Source: Chrysomallon squamiferum
Lineage: Eukaryota > Animalia > Mollusca
Assembly: GCA_012295275.1 (NCBI GenBank)
Contig: CM022676.1
Coordinates: 17,670,001-17,734,000 of the forward strand
Direction of reading: 5' to 3'
Length of the DNA stretch: 64,000 bases
Below are positions 1-14,775 of this stretch, piece by piece. A program made the translations under genes and the position numbers. The notes beneath the pieces were generated by a model, which worked only from the letters and a program-made list of their open reading frames with translations, was not told the origin of the DNA and did no database searches. Every line of letters begins with the position of its first letter. Within the stretch, counting starts at the first letter, position 1.

Positions 1-363
1 AAGGCCGAACAATCTATTTTGTTTTATTTCACGATTTTAAATATAAATCCACACACTCGTTAATATTTAGCATATAAAATAAATAATTTAATAAAATAAA
101 CATTTGTATAAAATTAAAAAATTGAATTACATAATTTATAAAAATAAACATGATGTCATTATTGCAGGAAGTTATATATAATTCTTATAGTGTTGCAGGA
201 TATTATGCAAATTCCGAAAATGGCGGCTTCTACAGATAATCGCCATGTTGGGAGATAACTCTAAATCGATTGCACGACATCGATCGCTTGACTAGAAGTT
301 GTTTTCGTATGTTGCTCGTCCGAGATCGGATGGTGTCGTGGTTAGCGTTCACGCTCGCTACGC

Positions 364-640
364 TCGAAATAGAAGGGCTATTAATAATAACAATAGTAGT
401 AGTGGTTCTGGAAATAGTAGGGCTAGTAATAATAATAGTAGTACTGGAAATAGAAGGGCTACTAATAATAGTAGTACTGGAAATAGAAGGGCTATTAGTA
501 ATAACAATAGTAGTAGTGGTTCTGGAAATAGAAGGGCTAGTAATAACAGTAGTACTGGAAACAGAAGGGCTAGTAATAACAGTAGTACTGGAAATAGTAG
601 GGCTACTACTAATAGTAATAGTGGTACTGGAAATAGTACG
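364..640. repeat. Minisatellite, 33-42 bp unit (CTGGAAATAG[A/T]AGGGCTAGTAATAA...AGTAGT)
   Basis: About 8 tandem copies; explains the ORFs at 270-937. Confidence 0.85.
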
Positions 641-659
641 GTAGTAATGATAGTAAATC

Positions 660-1441
660 TGTGCCCCATATTCATGATGTATTTAATACTAATTAGTCAT
701 AATACATGTCCTATTGAAAACGTAATATATTTCAAGTCTGCACCAGCTGGGATTTACCTCAACGTTTTCTTTGACTGCATCCACCGGTTCTGCTGTAGCA
801 TTCAATTGAACTGCTTATTTGGTTTTGCTTTTGTCACCTTTGTTTTCTTTCCCTTTTCTTCCTCCTCTTTCTTCTTCTCTGTCAGCTCTTCTTCATACCT
901 CTTGACACTTTCTTATTCTGTCAATGCCTCGGAATAAGTCATCCTCTTGATTTTATTTGAAGTCCGACAGATGAACCGTGGACTTTCAGTTGCTTCAAAC
1001 AACTTAAATAAACTTAGAATGGACTATATCAATGCCAAAACTATAGATTTTTGCCACTCAATATGAGGGCCAGAATTCGCCGAAGTTGTGGAGTAAAAGA
1101 AAAGACAATTGTCTTGCCTAATTGCCACATTTTACTCAAGTTTCTTCTGCTGAACATAAACATTGGTTACCTGTTATGACTAACTTTATTTGTATAGGAC
1201 TAAAAAAATAGCTCTCAGTTTTGAAACCTTAAAATTCACTTTTTTACAAACTTGTTGTTTTCATTATTTTCATGGCCACCATACTTCACGTATAAAATGG
1301 CTGATTAACTACATTGTTTGTTCCAATGAGAGATAGGAAGGTTCTGTTTATATCAACAAAGTTCCAGAAATCGGGACAGAGCAGTATAGCGGTTGCAATT
1401 CATAATATACCTCGGGGCCAGAATTTCCCCACCTTTCCCTA
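660..1441 (-). mobile_element. Possible decayed pogo/DDE_1-type DNA transposon end
   Basis: TIR-like TAGGGAAAGGTGGGGAAATTCTGGCCCC on the minus strand next to a TA run; K/E-rich relic EEELTEKKKEEEEKGKK; no catalytic domain visible. Confidence 0.3.
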
Positions 1442-1909
1442 TATACATATATTCAGACACAGAAACACAGACACCGACAAAAAAAAACGCACACAAACAC
1501 ACACACAGATACACACGTCAGACGTGCACCCCAGTACTATATCACAGTTTTAACTGCAGGTTTTTAATGCAAGCTACGAGTTGTCATCTGCACATCATTA
1601 TCAGAACATCAGAGCGTTTCACGCAGCCACGATACAGTCCACACACAAACTCTTCAGCACGTAGATATACATAACGCAAACATACGCACACTTAAATCAA
1701 CATCGCGCGAGGTGAAACTGCCGCATCAGTGAACTGGTTCAATGGTCTCTTATGATAATAGCGTAACATTTAGCTGTGTTAAGTACCTAACAACCGCACC
1801 TAGCTGTTTGTAAACAGCTGATGTAGAATTGGTTTTCCCTTCAGGAGAATCACGCTTTTATTGTTCCTGAATTGATCTTTTGTCGTCAGAGGGCGCAATG
1901 TGACCTGTC

Positions 1910-1992
1910 GTAGTTCTTTACAAGTAGTAGTTCTTTACAAGTAGTAGTTCTTTACGAGTAGTAGTTCTTTACAAGTAGTAGTTCTTTACAAG
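1910..1992. repeat. 17-bp tandem repeat GTAGTTCTTTACAAGTA x~5
   Basis: Directly visible; no spacers. Confidence 0.9.
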
Positions 1993-2340
1993 CGGTCTCG
2001 TTTCGGCATTGTGTTGACATTCCGGGATAGCAAAACGCGTTTCCTCTATGTGAGAGTTACAGACAAGGCCAGGTAATCGATAGGCTTTTAACGCGATCGA
2101 TGATTACGAATTTTCCTGATTTGGTATTGAAATGAATTTTACCCATCAGGATAGATGTTTGTGTGACAGGAGAAAAATTGTCATGTTTACATTTAGTTAC
2201 ATAACTCAGCAATATGTGTGCTTGGATGTTAAATGGTTATTTAATAAAACCTTCCCATAATTCCCAGTACAACTTAGGTTATGAATTTATGTCAGTAATT
2301 AACCATATATCACTGTATTAAATTTAATTTACTGACAATA

Positions 2341-2398
<58 letters not shown>

Positions 2399-4684
2399 GT
2401 TTAAAAAAAGAAGAAAGGAAGAATAAGAATAATTATATAGCATTACATAAAATACTTATTCTTACTACTAATACTCCCACCACTACTACTATTCGTTGTA
2501 GTAGTACATTTGTTTCATGTACTTACTACTTAATAATTTTAACCAGTATTAGCATCAATCAAGTGTTAAGTTCTAAACAGGTATACTAATCTGACATTAA
2601 CTAAGTAATTCATCTATTAATTAATCAGAACAATTCTGCACATACCAGTTGTAAACAGATTAAACAGAAATAATCAATCAATAGATTTGTATTAGTCATT
2701 TAGGCGCACCTATTAATAAGACGAATGAATGGAAACTACAGCTAATTATAAATGTCATAATTGTGAAGTCATAATCAAGGTCGTTCATTTCTATTTATTT
2801 ATTTCTATCTTTTTTAAAATTATTTTTCTCTTTTTAATTATTTTTCTCTCCTTTTTTCTTTTTATTTTTTTGTTTGTTTTTGTTTTTCATAGGCTTATCC
2901 AGAGACCAAAAGTTTTTCAGTTTATACTTCTTTCTTTCTGTTTAATTAATTAATTCAGTTATTTATTTATTAATTATTATTATTGTTGTTGTTATTATTA
3001 TTATTATTAGTAGTAGTATTAGTATTAGTAGTAGTAGTAGTAGTAGTAATAGTAGTAGTAATAGTAGTAGTAGTAAGAATCTAATATGTGTGTATGTGTT
3101 TGTGTAATAGATATATAGATTTATTTATTTTATTTTGTTTATTATTCAGCAGAGAAAGAAATGCTTTCTGTATTTCTAAATATAGATAATACTCTATAGT
3201 GGCAGACACATACACGCACACCTGTCTATATACATATCTTTTATAAAATTACGATTTATTGTTTGTCTTCACGGAAATATACGAGAATGTACGATTGATT
3301 TCTTCGTAAAAGGTTTATCGGTTGGTTAACGGAACAAGTTATCATGGGAGATAACTCTATAACCAAGTATTTGTTTTATTTTATATCTAAGAAGTTTAAA
3401 CTGCTACTGATACTGGGAACTATTTGTTTGAAAGAAATGCGTGCGATAAAGTGTTCGATGAAGTTATCATTCGCGGATTTCTTAGCGTCTGGAATTGTTC
3501 GCTGCTTTTATTTCAGTTTTATAAATCAATTTGGCAAATTACGGTAAGCCGTTATCCAACTTACAGAGCTACGAGAAAACCTTTTATATGAAATAAACAT
3601 TTCCGAGTTATTAACAGTGGCTCTTGTCCTATAACGTATTAAGAAATCTGTTTGTAATATAAATTTTTATTTTAATACTGTTTAAATATTTCAGTCAGAA
3701 CATGCCATTAATTACATCTTTTGGTAACTTACAATATTTTGTGACTGCTGTTTAATGTTTCTTCATAATACTAAGATCATACAAATTAAATTTATCAAGA
3801 TTTCTAATCTTTATCACTGTCTGGTGATCTGTTAGTTGGTAAGAGGGATCAAATCTAGTTAACACGATTTTTGTTTACAAACTTTCAGGTTATAAATCAT
3901 ATTTCATGTTCTATGTTTTCAGGATAAATTTAAACAACATTTGTTTTTAAAAAGTTTGTATTAATTACAATAATCTAGGCTTTATTGATACTTGTTGTCA
4001 TGAAGCATTGTTTTGAAGGTAAACAAAAATATAGCAAAGAAGTATATGTAAGAATATAATGTGAAAATCAGTTGTTTGGTTATATACTATCTGCAGCTGT
4101 GTGTCAAGAGTTGAAATTTATCATAAAAAAAAAAAAACAAGACACAACTAAAAACAAAAACTATAAAAGAAAATAACAAGTCTGATTTAACAGAAAACCT
4201 TACTTTAACATCGCCTAATCTAGACAAACATGTCTTGTACAAATAACAGACTAACAAAAACTATTATAAAATATTCAGTTAATATCTGAATATTTTGGTA
4301 ACGAAAAAAAAAAAAATTCTATTAATAATTTTGAGGTCAAAATCTAATGTAAGTTTCGTCAGCAAGCTAATATACAGTTGTATTGGTTTAATTATGAAAA
4401 TAAAATAAAAATAAAATAAATAATTTCTTTATGAATAATTCTTTAAAGATGAAATTATAATAGTAATTCTAATAATTATTTTTTATCTCAGACTGTTTTA
4501 TTATTAAACAATGTTATTTGATTAATGAATCATGTTAAACATCATAAGTTTAAATCTTTATAATAGTTTTAAATTAATGATTCTGTGTTTTATAATATCA
4601 GTGTCCATACATTGTACTTGACATTGTATGAAGAAAATACATTTAATTAAATTATTTGTTATTTAGAAATGTGGAAATATATAC

Positions 4685-4884
4685 NNNNNNNNNNNNNNNN
4701 NNNNNNNNNNNNNNNNNNNNNNNNNNNNNNNNNNNNNNNNNNNNNNNNNNNNNNNNNNNNNNNNNNNNNNNNNNNNNNNNNNNNNNNNNNNNNNNNNNNN
4801 NNNNNNNNNNNNNNNNNNNNNNNNNNNNNNNNNNNNNNNNNNNNNNNNNNNNNNNNNNNNNNNNNNNNNNNNNNNNNNNNNNNN
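4685..4884. other. Assembly gap (200 N)
   Basis: Fixed-length N run; adjacency across it is not guaranteed. Confidence 0.99.
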
Positions 4885-5284
4885 TTCGTTCAGTTACGTA
4901 TTACTAGTAATAAATAGCCCTGGGATTCATTAAAGTCATCTCCTGTATTTTAACAGCCATCTCCACTCTATTTGTAACAACAAAACCATCATATTAGTTG
5001 TTGTCCTCAAGGAGACATTTTAGGAAATGTATTTTAGAAAACTAAAAACCACAACTAAGAACTACATTGTTTATAGATCTTGAACTCATTGTCAGATAAA
5101 CGCGACAGAATCTCAAAACACTCATAATGTTGAGTTATAAAAGCAAGCTAACGTTTTAACATATCTTGTTTTAAATAATACTAAAACACCAGTCTACGAT
5201 AATATCATTTCCTCTTTCCAGAACTCAACAAAACATAGAATGATAGTGCAAAATTTCAAAATAATCTATGACAATTCACTACAA

Positions 5285-5315
<31 letters not shown>

Positions 5316-5483
5316 ATATAAATTTTATATTTTTTCTCTCTAACTATAACTGTGCGAAACATATTTAAATAATTTCATCTTTAAGAAATTGAATGCAATT
5401 CCTACGTCTGTCCAGTCACAAAAATGTAAGTGATAAGATCCCACGAGCAAATACAGTTCTATGATTTTTATTTATTTATTTAC

Positions 5484-5538
<55 letters not shown>

Positions 5539-5726
5539 TTTTTTATTTTTTTTTTTTTTTTTTTTATTATTATTTATATTTTTTTTTTTTTTACGTTCCC
5601 GTTGATTCTTTGGAAATAAAGATTGAAATAAAGCCAGAGAAAGTCGACGTGAAAATTCATCAGATATATCAACATAATAATATTACAATCACGTACTTTT
5701 CCTCTCATGTTTAGTTTAACCTGAAA

Positions 5727-5789
<63 letters not shown>

Positions 5790-6682
5790 ATTACTCCTAC
5801 GACTACTCCGGCAACAATAGGTTGTAGAACTACAAAAGGTATAATAACCACTACTATGATATTAGATCTACAATTTCCACACCAACAACAGCTGCCTCTA
5901 CTACCACGACACTTATGATGTTGCTAAGACCATTACTAATACCGCTGTTACTGCTACTACAACTTCTACTACTACTGCTACTGTCAATATAATCAAAACT
6001 GCTATGTGTTCTAATACTACTTCTACTACCACTAATACTACTATTATCTCTAACACTAGTACACTCATATTACTTCTATTATTACTGCAACTAGTAATAA
6101 ATAAACGATGTGTTATTAACGTGCTAAAGAATGATGAACAAGAAGCATTAAAAGAAAAACGTTCATCACGTGATTCATTTTATCTCAAGTAACAATCACA
6201 ATAGTATTAAAATAACAAACATTTTAAAATGCAAAACACATGAAACAAAGTATTGTATGTAGATATATTACTGTACAGCCAGTGTAACACTGATATGTCT
6301 CTAATTTCCTGCTGTTTCTAATAAAACAATGACACAAAGAGGAAGACAACTAGGAACACACTAGGACCGGATCTAACAACTTGCATGGCAGGGACTTAGG
6401 GAGAGTGGGTGAAAAATATGAATTTCAAAAAAAAAATGTGCTATTGTTTTGATATTTCTGTTTTTCTCTTGTTGTCGGTGCTATTGCTGTTGTTGTTGTT
6501 GTTATTGTTATTATTAATATTATCGGTGTAGATTTTATTTTTACATATTCTTCTAACTTTGATTGTTGTTATTATTGCTGTCATTGTCATCATCATTATT
6601 GTTACTACTGCAACTACTACTACTATTGTAGTTGTTGTTGTTGTTCTTCTTCTTCTCCTTATTGTTATTATTGTTATTATTA

Positions 6683-6719
<37 letters not shown>

Positions 6720-7129
6720 GGCTTTAGATTATTTCCGTCCACACTGTCCTGTCAGTGTTCTGATATGACATGTTTAGATTTATCAACACTCTAAATGTGA
6801 TACTCCCCTATAATTGAGTCTAGATCCTCTGCTGGTGTACTGTGATTGTTGTGTTCACCATATTTAGAACCAAAACTGAACCCTTCAACTTCCTCCATTT
6901 TTTATAAATCTGCCGAAAACAATTCATCAGTCTGATCATTTACAGTGTTTTAAATGCCATTATGTAACTATTATTATTATTATTACTATTATTATTATTG
7001 TTACTATTGCTGTTCTTGTTGTTGTTGATGTTGCTGTTGCTGCTGTTGTTGCTGTTGTTACTGTCGTCGTCATCATCATCATTGTTATTATTTTTTCGAA
7101 GTTGTTTTTATGTTCAGAGAGAGAGAGAC

Positions 7130-7236
<107 letters not shown>

Positions 7237-7884
7237 GAGTGTATACGCCGTTAGGGTACTCATCCATCAACTGGTGACGCGTTTTCAATGTTGTTCAGTA
7301 AATATAACAGAGAGAGCGTAATTAACGTCAAGACTCGATCTGTTTAAAATAGTTTTAAAATAAATGAGAACAGCAACAAAAAGATGAACATGAAAGTCAA
7401 AGGGAGAACAGAAATTTGGATTATATGTAGAGAGAGATAGTTGCATTGGTGCACGAGGAAATTTAAAACAAAATGGATTATTAATAATATTTTATTTTAT
7501 TTTGTTTTGTTTTGTTTATTTATTTATTTGTTATTTACTTATTTATTAACTTATTTACAGAGAGATAACAAACACGATTAGATCATTCATTTAGTCTATG
7601 TTTTTGTTTATTTTTTTAATCATTTTTATTTCACTCCTTTAGTATATCATTGTTATCATCGTTGTTGCTGTTGTTGCCGAAAATATAAAAGTAACAACAA
7701 TTTATTCTGATGACTTTGAAGTGGTTGGGATAGATAAAAATAATTTGTAGTCTGCTCTCTGAACAAGACACAAATATTTTCAAGTGTTGTATTTGTTTAT
7801 ATACCTTTTGTTTGTTGGTTTAAATATGTTATTTATTTATTTGTTTGTTTGTTTGTTTGATTGATTATTATTTATTATTGTTGG

Positions 7885-7929
<45 letters not shown>

Positions 7930-9008
7930 TTGATGTTTTGTAATATTTGTTTTGTATGAGCCAACACGTGACATACAGAAACACAAACAAGAGTAGACTC
8001 TGAAACAGATAGAGAGATATATAAATAGATACCCCGACCGACATACAAACAAATATATAGATTAAATGACTGACTTACTGATAGTTTAAGTGATATACAG
8101 ATACATACAAAGGTATATAAAGAATAAACACAGACACAGATAGAGAGACGGAAAAAACAGAGATATAGGCAGATACACAGAGAGAGAGAATGACACATAG
8201 TGACAGTTATCTGAAGAATGCATTAACTGTTATGTGTATTTATATGACACAGACAGAACATCACGTTTTCAAAGAGAAACACAGCAACAGTATAATTAAA
8301 TAATTTTTAATGACAAACAATCTGTTTATAAAATAACTGAATATTTTAAATATGAAACTGACAGAGAGATTGTTTCAAAACATGCAGATACGTGCAGAGT
8401 ATTTACATTATAAGTGTGAATCATCACATTTGCACATTTTAATAACAAACCTATTTCACTATTAAAATACAAAAAATCACTAATCAATGTGTTACACTAT
8501 GATTAAATAAAAACAGTAATAATATCCTGTACACTGAAAGAAAATCTTTACAAATATACATCAACTTTAAAAATAGTTACAGATACAAACATATAAAATT
8601 ACATATCAGATATATACATTCATAAAGATAAATTATATAATATACTATTTAGAAAAATATTTTTAAAGAAACATTGCTATTCAATATAATATAATTTATT
8701 CAATACACACATAGACAAAAAAAGAAGAAAAAGAAATGTTTACACAATTTTTACTCGCATACATCACACTCACAAACACACACGTACACACAGACAGACA
8801 TACGTTGATATACATTCACACATATACACACACCGTCACACACAATTACACACACACACACACAAACAAAACACAGAGAGACACTCTCGTCAGATATTTC
8901 AGTTCGAGTGTCTGCGGAAACTCTCACTTGTAAAACAAAGCAACAACTTGAACATTCAACGTTTCAGTTTACAATGAATGCAGTTACGTTGTTAATCCTT
9001 CCTACTTG

Positions 9009-9070
<62 letters not shown>

Positions 9071-10053
9071 GCATACATTTGTTGAACTTTCTGTTTCCTC
9101 ATCAGGAGATTCATTGTCAACCTGGAAGTAAGAAAATATAAATAAAAACGACATCGTTCATTTGCATAACTGTCACGCCTTGCTTAACATCCTGGATACG
9201 TTCTTAGAAACGTGACGTAAACAGTTCAACGTTGTCAGAACAAAACGTAATGAACTATATTTTTGTGCTCACATTACTGTGCAGATATTTCTTAAGTGAG
9301 TGAACTATTTAAAAGTATTGTACAATACAATAATCACATTGTATAAAGTAATTACACAGTTAGTTGTTTTATCCAGCTCAGTACTGTTATACTGTCGTTG
9401 TAAAACTGATCTTGTTTTAGACACGAATTAGTGCGATCTTCAGTCTGCTACATTTATTTATTTTATTTATTTGTTTGTTTATTTATTTATTTGTTTGTTT
9501 ATCATTTATTTATTTACTTATTGATTTATTTATGCAAACTAAGCAACACATGACTTTGTACACATGTATATACGTGTTCATGCATTGTATTGTGTGTGTA
9601 TGTGTGTGTGTGTTACATACACTTGTTGAAAATGTATTTTTCTATTAGCTGTATTTAATAATAATAACATTGACATAAATAAATAAATAAATAAAAAGGA
9701 AACATATTAATAAAAGAATCATGATCAAAACTATCAGATTTAATAATTAAAGAAGAAAGAAGAAGAAAAAATAAAAAAACTAAAGAAGAAAAAAAAAATA
9801 GAACCTAAAACAAAACAAAACAAAACATGAGATGATGTATAAAGTAAAATAAAAATATATATATATATAAATATAAAAATAGTGAAAAATAGTGAAATAA
9901 AAAGTCTGAAGAAGAAATTGGAAGAAAGAAAAACACAAAGAAAATAAGTAAAATGTAACGTATCAACTTACTACTTTTTAACTTTTTTGACTTCAGTGTA
10001 CAAGTTGTTGACATCATCTGTTTGTTCTTCTGTCTGCGTTTTAGTCTTTTCGT

Positions 10054-10361
10054 TCACTTTTCTAACCTGTGTGTACAAACAGGACACGTCTTCCATTTCG
10101 GCTTTCCCACATTCTCTGGTTCTCGTTTAACTTTGTTTACCTGTGAGTACAAATCTGAAACCTCATCCTCCACTACGTGACTTTGTGTTTGACTGGAAGT
10201 TGACGCCGATTTGTTTCCCTTTCTCGGAAGTGCATACAGAGCATCCATTGCTTCGGCTTGAGTTGTGTTTGTAGTGGTTGCCATGGAATTCTTGTCTACG
10301 GGGACATCGTACTGAGGTTCACTCACAACGTTGTTCTCACCAGTACGTACAGCTGTGACAT
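10054..10361 (-). CDS. Receptor terminal cytoplasmic exon with YDVP, YALP and YSQV motifs
   Basis: Open frame DVTAVRTG...QYDVPVD...ALYALPRK...DLYSQVNK...CPVCTHRLEK*; pyrimidine tract then a weaker GAAG acceptor. Confidence 0.8.
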
Positions 10362-12871
10362 CTTCCAAAAGAGAGAAAAACAACTTAAACCTTGTAACAA
10401 CCAACGACAACAACAACATAAAAACAAAAGAGGGGAAAATATTTGTGAAATAAAAAAATGTCCAGCATCAAACAAAAAAACTGTGACATCTTCCAAAAGA
10501 AAAATATGTGAAACAACAAGAGCTAAAAAAAGAGGGTAAATATCCGATTATCATCAAAAAATATCATCATCATCATCATCATCATCTTCATCTTCATGTT
10601 CATCATTACAGTGATTATCTTTATTATTAATAATAATAGTTGTACAATGGTAGTGGTAGTAATAGCAGTAGCATGGTGAATGCAGTAGTGGGGGTGGTAG
10701 TGATAGCACTAATAGTAATAGTTGTGGTAATAGTAATAGCAATAGTGATAGCAATAGTACTACTAGTAATACAAGTGTAGATGTTGTTGTTGTAATCGTA
10801 TTACCTGCATAATTTGAAGAACTGGGTGAAACAAAGTAGAGTTCATTATCTGACATAACTGAAAAGAAAAAAGTACTACCAATAAACAAACATCCATTTA
10901 TGTATACATATGTGTTATCATGTATCATCTATCAAGCTAATACATATAATTCGGTATGCGAACTTTCTATAAGAGACTTATTTACAGAAAAATGCAACTA
11001 CTATTTGTTTAAACATGAAATACGTTTTTTAAATAGAATACATTCATTAATTTCACATTGTGAAGTTTTCACTTACTTTCATTTTCCTCCACGTGGCTGT
11101 GGACAGCAGCAGCTTCACTGCCTGTTTAATAAAATAAAATAAAACAGAAATTTCGCTAGATGTACGAAGATCGATTCAGTCATCCATCTTATCCTTTATT
11201 TATTTATCCCTTTACATTCCTTCAATCTTTCATTTTTTTTCAACTCATCAAATCAATTTATTTCATTTGTTAATCTCAGTCAGTTAGCCCAATTTTAATT
11301 AGTTTCTTCTTCATTCGTTCTTCCATTCAGTCATATATTCATTCAATCTATTACACTTTTCTTCATTTGTTCTTTCTCACCTGAAATACACGATCTAAAG
11401 ACAGGGAAGGTTTTAGTTTGTCAGAATTTAACTAAATAGTGTCTACACTTACTTTTACTCTTGGTTCGTTTGACGATACACACAGTTAAAATTACAACGA
11501 CAAGAACGAGAATCACTCCTGACACAGAACACGAAACAATGACAATCAGAAACCAACTCTTTATATCTGTGAATTTAAAATAATGTTACAATTTTTGTTC
11601 ATAGAAATGATTAACAAATAACATAAAGATAATGATAAAGACGATGTTAAATAAATGTGTGTACATGTGGATGTATGTATGTATGTGTACATGTGGATGT
11701 ATGTATGTATGTGTATGTATATATGTATGTATATATATATGTATGTGTATACGTATGTGTTATTTTATTGTGAAACAAAAAATAACGAACCACAGATAGA
11801 GATAAATACATATACACAATCATTTTGGATAAAAACAGATACTAGTTATATTTTTTATCGTATTCAGTAATTAATCAAATATTGAATTATTTCCACAGGT
11901 AACTGAATTAATTAGAGAGGTAAGAACAGGTATGTATCTTTATAAGCCGTATTTAAGATAGATAATGGTTTACAACCCATGAAATATATTCAGTGATAAA
12001 ACACAATAAAGTATTTCAAATAATTATCCTAAAATATTTGATATGTTTGTTTGTGAAATGTTATTATTCACGGCGAGTGTTGCATAACACGATGTTTCAG
12101 TTTTCAGTATATTTACCAGTATTGTCTCCATGTGTCACAACATTTTCTTTACGTGTAGATGACTTGGTAATTTTGTTGGAGGAAACAGTAATCGTATCAT
12201 TGTTGTTTTCATCAGACGTCACAGAGTTCGTTTCTGGTGTAAATAATGAAAACAATTTAATTAAGAAAGAATGAAGTTTGTTGTTGTTTATGGCAGATAA
12301 AACACAACCGATGCAATTGTTGTTGTGATTGTTGTTATTTTATATTATTATTATTATTATCGTACTAAAATAAGAAGAAATATAAGGACAAAGAAAAAAT
12401 ACGAAAACATTAAGAAGAACTGTATCAGTAATCACAACATCTAGAGCAATAATAATAATAATAACAACAACAACAACAACAACAACAACAATAATAATAA
12501 TAATCATAATAATAATAATAATAGTACTCACGTGTTGGTGTAACGAAGTTACTCTTACTTGTTTTTGTGATACATGTCCATGGCTTATAGTCTTTGACAG
12601 AAAATGATGATATAGTCAGACTGTAAGTTCGTATATAACCTGTACTTGAGAGCAAAATTTGTACAAGCTTACATCTGTAGTTATCTGTCGACTCTCTGTG
12701 TGTTTCACATGTTTGTGTTTTATATCTACATGTACACATTTTCTCATCACCTCGTTTAAATGTGATATCTTCTTCATAAATATTTCTGATAACAGAACAA
12801 ACAAATGCGAAACACTGATTGATGACAGCCGTCCACGAATGCACTGATAAACCAGGATTTGTAGCTGAAAT

Positions 12872-12945
<74 letters not shown>

Positions 12946-13182
12946 GTCAAACAACAACAACAACAACAATAATAATAATAATAATAATGTTATTCTTACA
13001 ATTACTAAATTATAATCGCTAGATGAACAAACAGTCTAATAACTATGCTAGGAATTTTTTTAAACATTGCTCACTGATATTTTACAGTACATTAGAGTTG
13101 GTTCTGTATGTCGTTTCATACGATTTGTGAATTGTGAAAAAATGACAATAAAATTAAAAATAAATAAATAAATAAATACATA

Positions 13183-13247
<65 letters not shown>

Positions 13248-14739
13248 TAATAATAAAAACAATAATAATAAAAACAAGAATAATAGAAATACAAAAGAAA
13301 CTGGGTTGTTAACAGTTGTAGCAAATGAACGAATGCAAATGGCAGAACAGTATAAAGGTATGTGACAAAAGCAGTCTCTGCGAGTTTTGTGGCGCATTTT
13401 TGCTTTCCTTGAAGTAGTTTTACCTGTTTTAAAAAAAAGAAAACAAAAATCATCATTACGCAGTATACTTATTCATAATCGTATTCGTTTCTTGACGTGA
13501 TCTTTGAAAAACAGCAGAGAATCAGCAGACAGCTTTGGCGTTTCAAATTACCATCTTGTAACTAAGGTCAGTTTTAAATCATAAGCAAGTTACAACTTAT
13601 GCATTTTTCTCTTAGTGAGCCAAATTTCATACGATATTTGAGGAGCAGGTATTTAATTTAGGTGTTTCGTATATCAAATATATCTTTATGTCATCTTAAT
13701 CTTCTTCTTCTTCTTTATTTTTTCTTCTCTTTTTTAATTCTTTCTGGTGAAATATAATTTTATAGAAAAATTATATTTTCTAAAATGTATACTTAATCAG
13801 TGTCATAGATATAGAGTATATTTATTCACGTATGACTTTTGTAAACATATCACCGTTTTCCGCTGAATAAAAGTTCTAGTGAAGTTTTAGACGAATAATT
13901 TAACAAAATATATATTTTTCTCCCACACTATATATATTTATAGACCAATTTAGTTGATTTTAATTATAAAAATAAAAAACAAAACTGATTACAGTCTGCT
14001 GGACCTAATCTTCGAGACAAAGCATATAGAATCTACAGTAATAATACTATTTTATATTATTGGTTTTAAAAGTTTAAAATGTATTATGTCAGAAGATACA
14101 TGTATCTTAATCAAACAGTGAATCTCATTTTCTTTTGATTAATCAGCTGAACACTGATCCACAGGTGAATAATTCAGATAACATCTGCAGCACAATATCT
14201 ACGTCAAAGAACTGACATAAAAAAAGACAACTGTTCGAGCACACCCGATAATGTTCTATTATTGTGATGAAATCGTGAGAAAAAAAAACAAGAACAAAAA
14301 TTGGAAGGAAGAAATTTAAATAACCGTAAGTAGCTCGCCTACGTTGACGTTTAAAATACACTAACTGGTTAACATTTTATATATGAAAAATAAATCTTAA
14401 TAACACGATGAAAACACTTCCTGCATTGATCAGCAACTAAAGTAACTGAATGACAGAAACTGTACCGTTTATCGAGTAGAAAACACAGCTGGTTAACAAA
14501 CCACTGAGAGAAACGTGTCATTATTTAAACTGTCACTGCAGGTCACGTCGAGGAAATTACGTACAGCAGAAACCTGATTTCACGCACAAATCACCAATTT
14601 GAACTTTGCGCTATTTACCACGTCATACATTACTCGTTGTTACCATTACGTATTTGATACAATAAAAGCAACCTTCTCTTAACCCACTTTTTATCAAGGT
14701 AAGAGTAAAATTTACAACTGCACCCATAATTATTATTAT

Positions 14740-14775
<36 letters not shown>

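Noticed and set aside
270-937. ORFs of 105-212 aa with repeated units
   Set aside because: Open in three frames over a minisatellite; no splice or domain support
1910-1992. CRISPR-like short direct repeats (also 30576-30850)
   Set aside because: No unique spacers, no cas genes, eukaryotic context; simple minisatellites
4656-4917. ORFs spanning the N run
   Set aside because: Assembly-gap artefact
6362-6832. Possible MITE with GGATCTA/TAGATCC ends
   Set aside because: Inverted match too short and no clear TSD
13300-13424. Possible extra exon in the receptor gene with a good acceptor (ttttaaaacag)
   Set aside because: No convincing phase-1 donor, and not needed for a coherent protein; left out of the model
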